The notes under the pieces are model-generated. The model saw only the letters and a program-made list of their open reading frames with translations, was not told where the DNA came from and did not search any database. The position numbers were made by a program, and so were the translations under genes. From the IMG/VR virus record IMGVR_UViG_3300000101_000005: DNA of 64,000 nucleotides; one strand, 5' to 3'. Shown here one piece after another: positions 38,518-48,227 of the stretch; within the stretch, counting starts at the first letter, position 1; the number at the start of each line of letters is the position of its first letter. This DNA is from a virus. Its lineage: Duplodnaviria > Caudoviricetes.

Positions 38518-39450
38518 CTATCGTTTGCTACGGAAAATCGATTGCTTGTTATCAGCTGATTCGCCTGCACCTTTTTTCTCTGCACCATGACCTTTTTGTG
38601 CATTCATTTTAGTTGCATTCTTTGAACCAGGCGTGTTAACGTTGCCCATATTCTCTTCTTTAGGTGTAATGTCTGCTAGTCCACCGTCATTTTTACCTGA
38701 GTCATCGCTGCTTTTAGCAATGTTAGCACTAGTTCCGCCCATGTCGTTTTTCATATTATCAACGACTGACTTCTTGTTGTCTGAACTTTCAGCTGAACCT
38801 TTTGTTTCAGCACCGTGTCCGCCAGCAACTTTTTCTACGTACTCTCTAAACGTGTCTAACTCATCAACTTCTGGAGACATTGCTGCGTCAACAGCTTCTT
38901 CTGCATCCATGTCTGGCATGTCATCGCTTTCGCCTTCATCGCCATCACCTTTGATTTCGTCAAATTTTGCTTGTAACTCATCAACAATTGAATCTAAGTC
39001 TTGGAATAACTCAGCTGGCTCTTTTTCGCCTTCTTCTGAGTCTGCATCAACTTCTGATTCTAAGTCGTCTGTAGGATCGCCACCCATATCAGGCATATCG
39101 TCTTCGCCTTCAATTGCAACGTCTTCAAACTCTTCATCGACTTCTTCGTCTTTTGAGTCTTCTTTAACTTCATCTTCGTCAGTAGCTTCGTCAACTTTGT
39201 CTTCTGCATCGTCATCTGATGCTTCATCAACTTTGTCTTCTGCATCGTCATCTGATGCTTCGTCAACTGCTTCGTCTTCGTTGTCTGAAGTTTCGTCTAC
39301 TTCCTCATCTTTCATTTCTTCTTCAATAAGGTTTTCGTAGATTTCACGTGATTTAGAAACCACGTACTCGTGAAATAATTCTTCTGCTTTTTCTTGGTTA
39401 TCATTAACCAAGTTTTCAAGCATTTGTTCTAATGTAGATTTATCTGCCAT
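38518..39450 (-). CDS. Highly acidic prohead core protein (positional analogue of T4 gp67/gp68)
   Basis: D/E-rich with repeated VDE motifs; lies between portal and protease. Confidence 0.6.
   Translation of the reverse strand: MADKSTLEQMLENLVNDNQEKAEELFHEYVVSKSREIYENLIEEEMKDEEVDETSDNEDEAVDEASDDDAEDKVDEASDDDAEDKVDEATDEDEVKEDSKDEEVDEEFEDVAIEGEDDMPDMGGDPTDDLESEVDADSEEGEKEPAELFQDLDSIVDELQAKFDEIKGDGDEGESDDMPDMDAEEAVDAAMSPEVDELDTFREYVEKVAGGHGAETKGSAESSDNKKSVVDNMKNDMGGTSANIAKSSDDSGKNDGGLADITPKEENMGNVNTPGSKNATKMNAQKGHGAEKKGAGESADNKQSIFRSKR
39185..39268. repeat. 36-bp tandem repeat (2.3 copies) encoding VDEASDDDAEDK
   Basis: Units at 39185-39220 and 39221-39256 differ at one base; a partial third copy follows. 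Confidence 0.9.
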
Positions 39451-39519
39451 TTTAGTTCTCCTTGAAATTATCGGTAAGGCTGTTTGTTATATATTTACAT
39501 AATTGTTATAAAAATAGGG

Positions 39520-40167
39520 TTAAATGGTAGTATTTTGACTCATTTTGTGTTGATATATAGTTCCTTCAAAAGTATTGTCAAAATCACGCAAACTAATATG
39601 CTTTAGATTAGTATGCTGCGGACCTAGTTTATCTGGTATAAATGATCCATCTTCAATGATTCTATAAAAGGTTACTTTGGTAAATTCCTTAATAACCTTC
39701 TCTGTTTGACTTAACCAGTTGCCAAAAAACGTTGCAGAATCAGTAGTTTTCTTATAGTTAAAGGTATCTGCATATACATTATTAAACTTTCCTTTAAGTC
39801 CTTGATAGTCAAAACCAGCAATGTAAATATGTCTGTGTCCGTTTTGTGCTGCAAACCATAGTGCTGTTGGGCCACTACTCCATCCTTTGTGTGGACTAAA
39901 AAAGTTAATACCAGTATTAGTTTTAATACCTTTGTTAGGATTAGTCCAAACTGTACCCTTTTGATGGTAGTTTGCTTCGATCATCTCATTAACCATTTTA
40001 ACATCTACTGCTACAATGTAATGAGGATCAAATTCTCTGTATTGTGCATTACAACCATACACTGTGCCAACTTTTAAAAGTTTTTCACAGTCAATAGCTC
40101 TACGGCTCATGCCGTTGCCTAATACGAATGCTATATCTTTGTGGATTTTTTTATGCTTCTTGCTCAA
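39520..40167 (-). CDS. Maf/DUF115/sialyltransferase-like Rossmann protein (putative glycosyltransferase)
   Basis: AFVLGNGMS, YGCNAQYREFDPHYIVAVD, SSGPTALWFA..GHRHIYIAGFDY. Confidence 0.6.
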   Translation of the reverse strand: MSKKHKKIHKDIAFVLGNGMSRRAIDCEKLLKVGTVYGCNAQYREFDPHYIVAVDVKMVNEMIEANYHQKGTVWTNPNKGIKTNTGINFFSPHKGWSSGPTALWFAAQNGHRHIYIAGFDYQGLKGKFNNVYADTFNYKKTTDSATFFGNWLSQTEKVIKEFTKVTFYRIIEDGSFIPDKLGPQHTNLKHISLRDFDNTFEGTIYQHKMSQNTTI

Positions 40168-40390
40168 GCTTCGCCCCGTACATTTGTCTAATAAAATCTA
40201 GCTCTGAATCTTTTTCAGCAACATGAGCTTCGGATTGCAATCTCAATTGATTAATTTGACGTAATGTAAGGCGTATTTTTCTAGTGTCATCTTTTGCAAG
40301 GACGTCATCGTCTTTCTTATTGTCGTAGCGACGGTCAACGGAAAAATCGTTTACGTCATCATTAAAATATAAAAATTCTTTCAAAAGCAT
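40151..40390 (-). CDS. Small head-module protein (79 aa)
   Basis: TRKIRLTLRQINQLR; the ATG is 5 nt after TAAATA, so it is probably leaderless. Confidence 0.7.
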   Translation of the reverse strand: MLLKEFLYFNDDVNDFSVDRRYDNKKDDDVLAKDDTRKIRLTLRQINQLRLQSEAHVAEKDSELDFIRQMYGAKLEQEA

Positions 40391-40401
40391 ACTAGTATTT
40401 A

Positions 40402-42096
40402 TTAAACTGCAGGAGTTTCTGCAGTTTCTCCCCCACTTACATCATCCGCTGGAGGCGCTTCAGCTGGAGCTTCTGCTTCTTCTGCTGCACCGTCTGTTGC
40501 CATTCCCGTAGGTGTTACACCTACTGATCTTAACTCTGCACCAGCATCACCTGGTTCTTGTAAGTTACCGGCATTTTCTTCTTTCCACAATTTTTCATTT
40601 TCTACAATTTCTTCTTGTGTTAAACCTAAGTAACGTTTCATTGCAAATCGTTTACTTAAATGCGGAATTGCATCTACTACACTAAAAATATTTGCTCTAG
40701 TAGTATCAAGTTCTGCTTGTCTATATGCTGCAAAGTTTTGTGGTGGTTGGAAGTTGATGTTAAACAATGATGCATCAATGTTATAACCGTTGCCGTCTAA
40801 CCAAAGTTTAAATTCTTTGTCAAACGCTTCGGCCATGATATTTTGAAGTCTTTCGCAATATCTATTAAATCTTAATTCTTGGATATATGCAGTTCCTACT
40901 TTACCATCCGAAACAGTGTTTGCTTGGTCATCAATTGACGTTGGCAAGTAACTTGCTGGAATACGTAAAGCTCTAAACAGTTTGTTAGTAAAGAATTTTA
41001 AGTCTGTTATCTCACCTAGGTTTGTACCACCTGGTAATGTTTCAACTTTAGAACCTCTTCCTTCTGCTGTTTGCGGAAAGAAGTAATCTTCGTTAGTTGA
41101 TAACGGATTGTAACTTGCATCAATAACACTTGTTCCGCCACCTGTTGAACTAGGAATACGTCTTTGTTGTATTTCGTTTTTAACTTTTTCAACAAAGCTC
41201 ATTGCCATATGTGCAGGCATGTTACCTACATCAACATAAAAAATTCTTCTTTCAGGAGCACGTTGAATTCTATAAATGATAATTGCATCTTCTAGTAATT
41301 CTTTTTGCTTGTAAACTTTAAACACACTTTCAAGTAATGAATTACCAAATGGATAATTGTTGTCTAAACCTTCACTTAAAGAAATATGTACAATGTGTTT
41401 TGCATCTACTGTAATTTCATTTTGTTGATTTTGAAAACGTGTGCCTGTTGGCTGTGCTGCATCACCTACCATGCCACGGCCAAATCCGCCGCCGCTTGTG
41501 TATGAACTAGTTCCGCTTGGTGCTGTGTTTGTTGTACCGTGTGGTGTTGTTGCAACTAAATCTTTAAAGTTAAAGTTAATATCTTTAATTACATATTGCT
41601 CTGGAATCTTTCCTATTGACTCATTAACAATAATTTTAGAAATCTTTGCGTTGTCAATATACAGTAATTTTCTAGTTTCTGGATCTCTTAAGAAAAAACA
41701 GTCTCCGTATTTAAAAGTGTTACGCACAATACGAAACATTCTATTGTCAAACTGTTGTGATTTACTCCACTTCTGCATTGCTTCTTTAAGAAGTTTAGTT
41801 TCAGTACCGGACGGTTGTCCTCTAAAGTTAAAGTTAAAATTACTTAAATTACCGTTATCTTTTCCTGTACAAAATTCTGCTAAAATATCTAATGCTGCAT
41901 TTACTTCTGAATCCATATCCATTGTGTCGTACTGCATATATTTTTCAATACGATTTGGACTACCAGCATATACGTCAGGTAGGTAAGAACTATAATTTGA
42001 ACGTGCAGGACCAGGTCGGCCACCGCCGCTTATTGGGCTGTAGCTACCCGAATTATTATCAACTGCTACAGGAGTAAAATACTTTTTCCAGCTCAT
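40402..42096 (-). CDS. gp20: Portal protein, T4 gp20-like
   Basis: YDTMDMDSEVNAALD, LLEDAIIIYRIQRAPERRIFYVDVGNMP, EDYFFPQTAEGRGSKVETLPGGTNLGEITDLKFF. Confidence 0.96.
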   Translation of the reverse strand: MSWKKYFTPVAVDNNSGSYSPISGGGRPGPARSNYSSYLPDVYAGSPNRIEKYMQYDTMDMDSEVNAALDILAEFCTGKDNGNLSNFNFNFRGQPSGTETKLLKEAMQKWSKSQQFDNRMFRIVRNTFKYGDCFFLRDPETRKLLYIDNAKISKIIVNESIGKIPEQYVIKDINFNFKDLVATTPHGTTNTAPSGTSSYTSGGGFGRGMVGDAAQPTGTRFQNQQNEITVDAKHIVHISLSEGLDNNYPFGNSLLESVFKVYKQKELLEDAIIIYRIQRAPERRIFYVDVGNMPAHMAMSFVEKVKNEIQQRRIPSSTGGGTSVIDASYNPLSTNEDYFFPQTAEGRGSKVETLPGGTNLGEITDLKFFTNKLFRALRIPASYLPTSIDDQANTVSDGKVGTAYIQELRFNRYCERLQNIMAEAFDKEFKLWLDGNGYNIDASLFNINFQPPQNFAAYRQAELDTTRANIFSVVDAIPHLSKRFAMKRYLGLTQEEIVENEKLWKEENAGNLQEPGDAGAELRSVGVTPTGMATDGAAEEAEAPAEAPPADDVSGGETAETPAV

Positions 42097-42104
42097 CTAT
42101 TTCC

Positions 42105-44849
42105 CTATGCTCTCATACTAGACATTTCTTCAAGTGCGTCTAATATTCGATGTTGTACTTTTAAAGTTTCAGATTGTATCTGTATACTTGCTTGTGTATT
42201 TAGTGCAGCAGCATCTGCTGCTTCTTTTTCTGACTTACCAGGAACGTAATCTGGATTTTTCATTTTGTTGTTACGAAGGTTCTCTTCAGCGATAACGTCC
42301 AAAGCGTTAGTTTCATCACCTGCTTTAATAGTGCCTCTTACGCCAACATCTCTAGCACTACTGTACTGTCCAACAGGTACACTTGGTCTAGTATCTTTAA
42401 TTACTGTACCATCTGGTGATACCAAAAAGCTATCTTCGTTTTTGGCAAAATCTTTTAAGACGTTTGTTGCATTACTTAAACTTTGGTTAAGTTCTAATTC
42501 TGCTTCTTTTTGTTTATTAAGTTCAGCATCAACAATATGAGCGTCTTTTGTTTGTTGCAATTCACCTTTTACAGCTCTGGCTAAATTTTCTTTGGCTAGT
42601 CTAAGTTTCTCGTCAAGAGCTGCGTCACGCTCACCGCGTTCTATTAATTTTGCTTGTTTAATTGCTAATGCTTCTGCTTCAGATTCGTAACGGTTTATAG
42701 CGAATCTATTAGCAAGTGATTCTTTCTCTGCTGCATTTTTTTCTTTCATGATTTCGATGTTTTTACGCATCTGTTCTTGTTCAGCTTCTTCTTCATCACT
42801 TGTACCAAGTGTTAATGTATCACCCCATGCCTTTAATTGCAGACCTAGCTCATAAAATGATATTCTCATATCTGCTATTGCTACTTTGAAACTGTCAAAT
42901 ACATCACCTAGTGTTCTAAAGCTATTAAAGAAATTAGTAAAATACTGCCCAATCGCATCAATCTTTTCTCCTAGCCAACCAAATGCCGTTGCGATTGGAG
43001 TTATTACAGGTTCGAACGTATCACCAAACCAATTTAAACCGTCTGTTACCCAATTCAATGCATTTTTAAAACTTCCCATAAAGAAGTCACTAACACCTTC
43101 AATTGCAGGATATAAATTTTGATCTATCATCTTACCTACATCGTCAGCCATTCTGCCAACAAACTCTATAGGTGGAGCAAAGGTATCTTCTAAAAGATCT
43201 TTGGTTGAATTAAATGCACCCATTAATTTTATTCCAACTACATCTGCTAACGGTTGGAATATTCCAGTTACATAGCTTATACCGTCTGCTAATAATCTAA
43301 GCGGTGCTGTTGCAATGTAAACAGCATCTCCAAATAAGTTTAAAGCACCTCCTATAAGTTTAAATGCTGGTGTAAGAATTGCACTAACAATTTCAACCAC
43401 AGGCATAATAACTGCACTCAGCACTCTAAATACAGGGAATAAAATGTTTTCTGTAAATGCTGCAATCATTTCAAATGCACCCATCATAGTATCCATGATT
43501 CCTGTTGATGCTAACAGTCTAGTAAATGTTTGACTTATTTCATTAATACGTCTGCGCATTGCTTCCATAGCACTCATTTGCCCGTCGGTGGCTTTTGCTT
43601 GTTCTTTTGATGATTTAAGTAATCCGTCTATCGGAATGTTACTTGCTTCAACAAGGTTATTAAAATGGTCAGCCATTTCAGCATCAAATCTAGCAACGTC
43701 TCTAAATCTGCCTCTACTCTGTTTGCCTTCTATAGCCAGCGTATTGTTTAGTTCATTTCTTTGCCTCAGACTGATTGTGCCACCAGCTTCTGTAATTTTT
43801 GCAAACTCCATCATCATAGCTGCTGATTGTGGCATCGTCGATGCAAACAATTGAGATTCTTTTGTTGTTGCACTTCCTGTAGTAATAATATCCTTAGCAA
43901 TATCTTGTAAGCCTCCCTTAAGGCCTGTTACTGTATTCCTAAACGAATCAGCAGCTTCTTGTGACATGCCTGAAATTTTTGCTTGGAACTGCCCGTCTGC
44001 TAATAGTGCTGCTTGTTTATCTTCAATTGCACTTCTTTCTTGACCTGTTGCTTTTGCAAGTAAGTCAATCTCTTTCATGTAATCAGTTGATGCTTTTGTT
44101 AACTGTTTTGTTGACATGCCTTGCAGTTTACCAGTTCTACCAAGGATAGTAGTATAACGTGCCATGCTTTCATTTACTTGTAAAGTTGTGAAACCCATGT
44201 TGTTAAGTTCACGCATGAATCCACTCTTACGTAAATCTTTAGACAAAGAATCAAAACGTTTACGTCCTGTTTCAACATCTCCGCCTAGTAGCCTAAATGC
44301 TTCACCGCTCTTTCTAACAAATGAACTGTATTCATTTATTGTCATACCTGCTCTACTTGCAGCCATGGACATTTCCATAACACTGCCGCCAAACGTTGCT
44401 CCGCTGTTTGAAGCACTCTGTGTTGCGTTAACTAGTTTTTCTGTTGCTGCTGCTGCCGCTTGGAATGTGCCGCCTAATAATGGAATTTTTGCTGCTGCTG
44501 CGGTAACATTGTTGTCTAGATTTGAATAACCAGCCATTGCACCTGAAATGGCATTACTCATATCAATCATTTTGCCTGCAACGCCTACAACAGCGCCACC
44601 AAATTTAGCAACTGCACCAAATGCTTTTCCTAGTGATGCTCCTAGTTTACTTGAGTTAGTTGCTGCTCCGCCTTGTGCTTTGGTTAGTTTACTGGCTGCT
44701 GCTGCACCAGCGGCTCCACCGCCTCCGGCACCACCGCCTCCGCTAGTTTTTCCGCCAAGAGCCTTAAGAATTTGGCGAAGAGTCTCTTCCGAAGCAGCAT
44801 TTTTAGCTTCTACTTCGCCAACTCCGGGTATGTCGATCATTACTGCCAT
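42105..44849 (-). CDS. Tape-measure-like tail protein
   Basis: 914 aa, helical and Ala/Gly-rich, with aromatic-periodic repeats in the second half; adjacent to the tail-chaperone-like pair. Confidence 0.7.
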   Translation of the reverse strand: MAVMIDIPGVGEVEAKNAASEETLRQILKALGGKTSGGGGAGGGGAAGAAAASKLTKAQGGAATNSSKLGASLGKAFGAVAKFGGAVVGVAGKMIDMSNAISGAMAGYSNLDNNVTAAAAKIPLLGGTFQAAAAATEKLVNATQSASNSGATFGGSVMEMSMAASRAGMTINEYSSFVRKSGEAFRLLGGDVETGRKRFDSLSKDLRKSGFMRELNNMGFTTLQVNESMARYTTILGRTGKLQGMSTKQLTKASTDYMKEIDLLAKATGQERSAIEDKQAALLADGQFQAKISGMSQEAADSFRNTVTGLKGGLQDIAKDIITTGSATTKESQLFASTMPQSAAMMMEFAKITEAGGTISLRQRNELNNTLAIEGKQSRGRFRDVARFDAEMADHFNNLVEASNIPIDGLLKSSKEQAKATDGQMSAMEAMRRRINEISQTFTRLLASTGIMDTMMGAFEMIAAFTENILFPVFRVLSAVIMPVVEIVSAILTPAFKLIGGALNLFGDAVYIATAPLRLLADGISYVTGIFQPLADVVGIKLMGAFNSTKDLLEDTFAPPIEFVGRMADDVGKMIDQNLYPAIEGVSDFFMGSFKNALNWVTDGLNWFGDTFEPVITPIATAFGWLGEKIDAIGQYFTNFFNSFRTLGDVFDSFKVAIADMRISFYELGLQLKAWGDTLTLGTSDEEEAEQEQMRKNIEIMKEKNAAEKESLANRFAINRYESEAEALAIKQAKLIERGERDAALDEKLRLAKENLARAVKGELQQTKDAHIVDAELNKQKEAELELNQSLSNATNVLKDFAKNEDSFLVSPDGTVIKDTRPSVPVGQYSSARDVGVRGTIKAGDETNALDVIAEENLRNNKMKNPDYVPGKSEKEAADAAALNTQASIQIQSETLKVQHRILDALEEMSSMRA

Positions 44850-44877
44850 AATTTATTTTTGTCCAGTTAACTGCGCA

Positions 44878-44885
44878 TATAAATA
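44878..44885 (+). promoter_or_regulatory. T4-type late promoter TATAAATA
   Basis: Exact T4 late consensus 48 nt upstream of the 44933 ATG; an opposing TAAATA sits at 44918-44913. Confidence 0.8.
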
Positions 44886-44932
44886 GTTATACTAAGTATG
44901 CAATATATAATGTATTTACCGGAGATAAAACC

Positions 44933-45844
44933 ATGGCAGAACAAAATGCGTCAAATGATGCAAAAAAAGATGAGCAAGTTAATATTGCTCCAACAGTAAC
45001 AGTTACACAGGCACCTGCAAATCCACTAAGTGGGTATTACAGACAGCCTAAAATTTATATTAGATTACCATCAGGCGGAAAGTATTATCCTGAAGGAGCA
45101 TTAGATCCAAGTGAAAACGGAGACTATGCTGTATATGCAATGACTGCAAAAGACGAACTAATGTTAAAAACACCAGATGCTTTACTATCAGGAGAAAGCA
45201 CAGTAGAAGTTATTAAGAGTTGCGTACCTGCCATTAAGCAACCTTGGATGATGCCTACTATTGATATTGATTCAATCTTGGTTGGTATTAGAATTGCTAC
45301 TTACGGTGATGAAATGGATGTATGGGCTAACTGTCCAGAATGTAAAGAAGAAAACAAATATACAATACCGTTAACAAACTACATTAACACAGGTAAGTCA
45401 GAGTGGAAAGATAAAATCACAACTGGTGATTTGACTTTTGATCTAGAACCTTATAACTATAAGCAAATGACTGGTGCTAACATTAAAACACTTGAAGAAC
45501 AAAGAGTGTTTAGTATTGTTAATGACGAAGAAATGTCAGACCAAGAAAAGATGGAAAAGTTTCAAAAGAGTTTTGTTAGATTAACAAATATGACCATTGA
45601 TACTATTGCTGATGTAGTTACTGCTATTGAAACACCTCAAGGTAAAACAGAGAATAAGGATCAAATAAGAGACTTTCTTAACAACTGTGATAAAGAAGTC
45701 TTCCAAGGACTTACCGATCATTTAGCAGATATTAAAGGTAGACAAGGTATTCCAGATCAACATGTTAAGTGTGAATCCTGCGCCCATGAATGGGACTTAC
45801 CTATAACAATGGATCAAGCAAATTTTTTCGCCGACAGATCCTGA
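44933..45844 (+). CDS. Baseplate hub/tail assembly chaperone, T4 gp26-like
   Basis: YRQPKIYIRLPSGG, YAMTAKDELMLKTPDALL, ILVGIRIATYG, CPEC and CESC Cys pairs, ends ANFF. Confidence 0.75.
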   Translation: MAEQNASNDAKKDEQVNIAPTVTVTQAPANPLSGYYRQPKIYIRLPSGGKYYPEGALDPSENGDYAVYAMTAKDELMLKTPDALLSGESTVEVIKSCVPAIKQPWMMPTIDIDSILVGIRIATYGDEMDVWANCPECKEENKYTIPLTNYINTGKSEWKDKITTGDLTFDLEPYNYKQMTGANIKTLEEQRVFSIVNDEEMSDQEKMEKFQKSFVRLTNMTIDTIADVVTAIETPQGKTENKDQIRDFLNNCDKEVFQGLTDHLADIKGRQGIPDQHVKCESCAHEWDLPITMDQANFFADRS

Positions 45845-46056
45845 CGCTGCCCGTATCAGAGATCGTTGAACTATCCAATAAGTTAGACAAGGATGCAAGG
45901 GCACTTAAAAAAGACATTCTACAAATCTGCTGGTATATGAGAGGAATGGATTATACTGCTGCTATGCATCTATCCACTGAAGAGCGTAAAATTATTGGTG
46001 ACATTATCAAGAGCAATTTAGAAACCACTAAAACTAGTGGCCTGCCTTTCTTTTAA
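45790..46056 (+). CDS. gp51-like assembly factor in the -1 frame, probably made as a frameshift fusion with the upstream ORF
   Basis: ICWYMRGMDYTAAMHLSTEERKII motif; overlaps the 3' end of the gp26-like gene at A-AAT-TTT-TTC and has no clear SD. Confidence 0.65.
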   Translation: MGLTYNNGSSKFFRRQILTLPVSEIVELSNKLDKDARALKKDILQICWYMRGMDYTAAMHLSTEERKIIGDIIKSNLETTKTSGLPFF

Positions 46057-48227
46057 GCAGCAACTAATTGTTGCTTAATTTTATCTTTTATAGGTTTTTG
46101 TAATTTAGAAATTTCAGCGGCTAATGATTTTAAATCAACTGCTGGTGCTGCTGGAGTAGTACCTCCACTTGCTGCTGGTGCTGCCGCTGGTGCGTCAGTT
46201 GCAGTATTATCATCTCCACCCATTGGATAGCCAGTAGTGTCATCTTTACCATCGTTATTTTTATCTACTTTATCATTGGTAGCTGGTGTTCCAGTATCGT
46301 ATTTTACTTTATCGCCTTGAGCTCCGCCAGTTTTATATTTTACTTTACCTTTTGGATCATACTCATCGTCTGCAGGTGTTTCTCCTGCTGTTTTGCCTGG
46401 TGTTGATAATGTATCAGCCGGTGCTGCTGCAGGGTCTGCTGCTGGTTCGTCAGTTGCTGTTGGTTCAGCTGTTGGCGTATCTGTTGCTGGTGTGTCTGCT
46501 GCTGCTGGTGTGTCTGCTGCTGGTGTTTGACCTTGTGCAGTTTTTGCTTCTGGTTCTTGTGGATCTGCTGTTGCACCCGCAGTGCTTGGTGTTTTAATCT
46601 TCATAGAATCATAAGTGCCTTTGATTACATCATCAGCAACTCCTAATCCTTTAATAACATTATACACTTCATCACTATCAGTTGGTGCTCCTGCTTTTTT
46701 CCAAGCAGTCATTAATTTTTCTGCGGTAACTTTTGTAGTAACTTGTTTTGCAGCACCTGCAATACCTGCTCCGGTTGCTTTTGCACCTTTAGCTATTGCA
46801 CCACCTGCTGCCTTTGCTCCTTTAGCTATTGCACCACCTGCTGCTTTTGCACCTTTAGCTATTGCGCCTCCGGCTTTTTTAAGAACATCTAATGGACCTT
46901 CTTCAAGCTCTTGTTTGTTGTAATGCTTAACTGCATCAAATACGCTTTCAAACATCATTTTGTTTTCTAACATATGATCGTTTGTATTTGTTATTCTATT
47001 AAACAGTAGATACACTTGACCTTCTGAAAGTTTTTGACCTTTAGGAACAACACTTTCTTGTGGTGCGCCACGTTCAACTCCTGCTGTTGCAGCACCTTGT
47101 GCGGCTGCTGTTCCAACTTCAGCGGCTTGCTTAACTTGTTCAACTGTTTGTACTAAACTTTCTTTACTTGCGGCTATTACTTCTAGTTGTGCATCTGTTA
47201 GATCTCTAGCATCTTTAAGATATTCAGCGGCCGCATTCATGTCTGCGTTTGTAGCATTTAAACTTTTTAGGTATTCAACGTATTCAACTGATCTTCTATT
47301 TGTTTCTTCACTGAAAGCATCAATAGCATTAGCTTTATCCATTGCTTTAGCAAGAGCATTTAGTTGATCCATTTGGTCTTGTTGTAAAATGCCTTCGTAT
47401 GATGCACCGTATCCTGTTCCAAATTGTATTGATGTTTTATATGATTTAGCATAATCTTCTAGGTTAGGATTTTGCTCCCATACAGCCGCTACATCATCTG
47501 GCATCAATTCTAAACTGTCTTGAAGATTAGCATCTTTGATTATTTCAACTTGATCAGCAATCTCTTGTGCGCCACCATCTACAATTGATTCAATTTCAGC
47601 TGTTGAAACAAGCTCTGTTGCCATACCAACCAACGCACCAATTGCTGCTGTTTTAGCTGACTTACCAACTGCTGTTGAAAGGTCTTCACCTTGTAATAAA
47701 TCTTTAGTTGCTCTTGTAAGGAAACCTGCTACTGCACCACCTAGTGGTCCACCTGCAATTGCTGCTGCCGCAGTTAGAATAGCAACTGCTATACTTGCTT
47801 TGCCTGGATTGGCTTTTGCCCAATCACTAACAGCCTTAACTGCTTTAACAACGTTGTTGTCCTTGTCACCTATCTTTGTTTTTAGTTCAGCAAACTTGGC
47901 ATCTATGTTTTTAACTGGTCCTGTTTCTTTTGCTGCTTTACCTAGTTCATTAACTTTGTTGTTGATCCATTTAACTGCTTCAACTGGTAGTTTAGCAACA
48001 TCAGCACCTTTACCAATTGCTGTTCTGTTGCCACCTGATGCTGTTGCACCCTGTTCAACACCTGTGAATAGATTGTTAATTTGATCCTGCGAAAGTTGTG
48101 CTTCAACTACATAACGTTCAATGCTTGTTATCCAAGGATGAACCGTTTTTTGTTCAAACAGTGTAAAAGCTGGTTCGTTCCAACTTTCAGTAATTAGTTT
48201 TCTTCTTTGTAGTTGATCTAATCTCAT
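46053..48227 (-). CDS. Putative internal head/ejection protein (724 aa)
   Basis: MRLDQL..LITES start, a hydrophobic AVAILTAAAAIAGGPLGGAVAGFL segment, 11-residue repeats and an A/P/T/D-rich tail. Confidence 0.55.
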   Translation of the reverse strand: MRLDQLQRRKLITESWNEPAFTLFEQKTVHPWITSIERYVVEAQLSQDQINNLFTGVEQGATASGGNRTAIGKGADVAKLPVEAVKWINNKVNELGKAAKETGPVKNIDAKFAELKTKIGDKDNNVVKAVKAVSDWAKANPGKASIAVAILTAAAAIAGGPLGGAVAGFLTRATKDLLQGEDLSTAVGKSAKTAAIGALVGMATELVSTAEIESIVDGGAQEIADQVEIIKDANLQDSLELMPDDVAAVWEQNPNLEDYAKSYKTSIQFGTGYGASYEGILQQDQMDQLNALAKAMDKANAIDAFSEETNRRSVEYVEYLKSLNATNADMNAAAEYLKDARDLTDAQLEVIAASKESLVQTVEQVKQAAEVGTAAAQGAATAGVERGAPQESVVPKGQKLSEGQVYLLFNRITNTNDHMLENKMMFESVFDAVKHYNKQELEEGPLDVLKKAGGAIAKGAKAAGGAIAKGAKAAGGAIAKGAKATGAGIAGAAKQVTTKVTAEKLMTAWKKAGAPTDSDEVYNVIKGLGVADDVIKGTYDSMKIKTPSTAGATADPQEPEAKTAQGQTPAADTPAAADTPATDTPTAEPTATDEPAADPAAAPADTLSTPGKTAGETPADDEYDPKGKVKYKTGGAQGDKVKYDTGTPATNDKVDKNNDGKDDTTGYPMGGDDNTATDAPAAAPAASGGTTPAAPAVDLKSLAAEISKLQKPIKDKIKQQLVAA
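46777..46875. repeat. Three 33-bp tandem repeats encoding AGGAIAKGAKA
   Basis: Units at 46777-46809, 46810-46842 and 46843-46875. Confidence 0.9.

Noticed and set aside
39185-39268. CRISPR array at the 36-bp repeat (and at the 33-bp repeat at 46777-46875)
   Set aside because: The repeats are contiguous and in frame within proteins, with no spacers.
38633-39340. Long antisense ORFs such as 38633-39340, 54055-54636, 16842-17342, 20694-21236, 41441-41986 and 23438-23833
   Set aside because: They are shadows of codon-biased genes on the opposite strand, Ser/Leu/Pro-rich and without expression signals.
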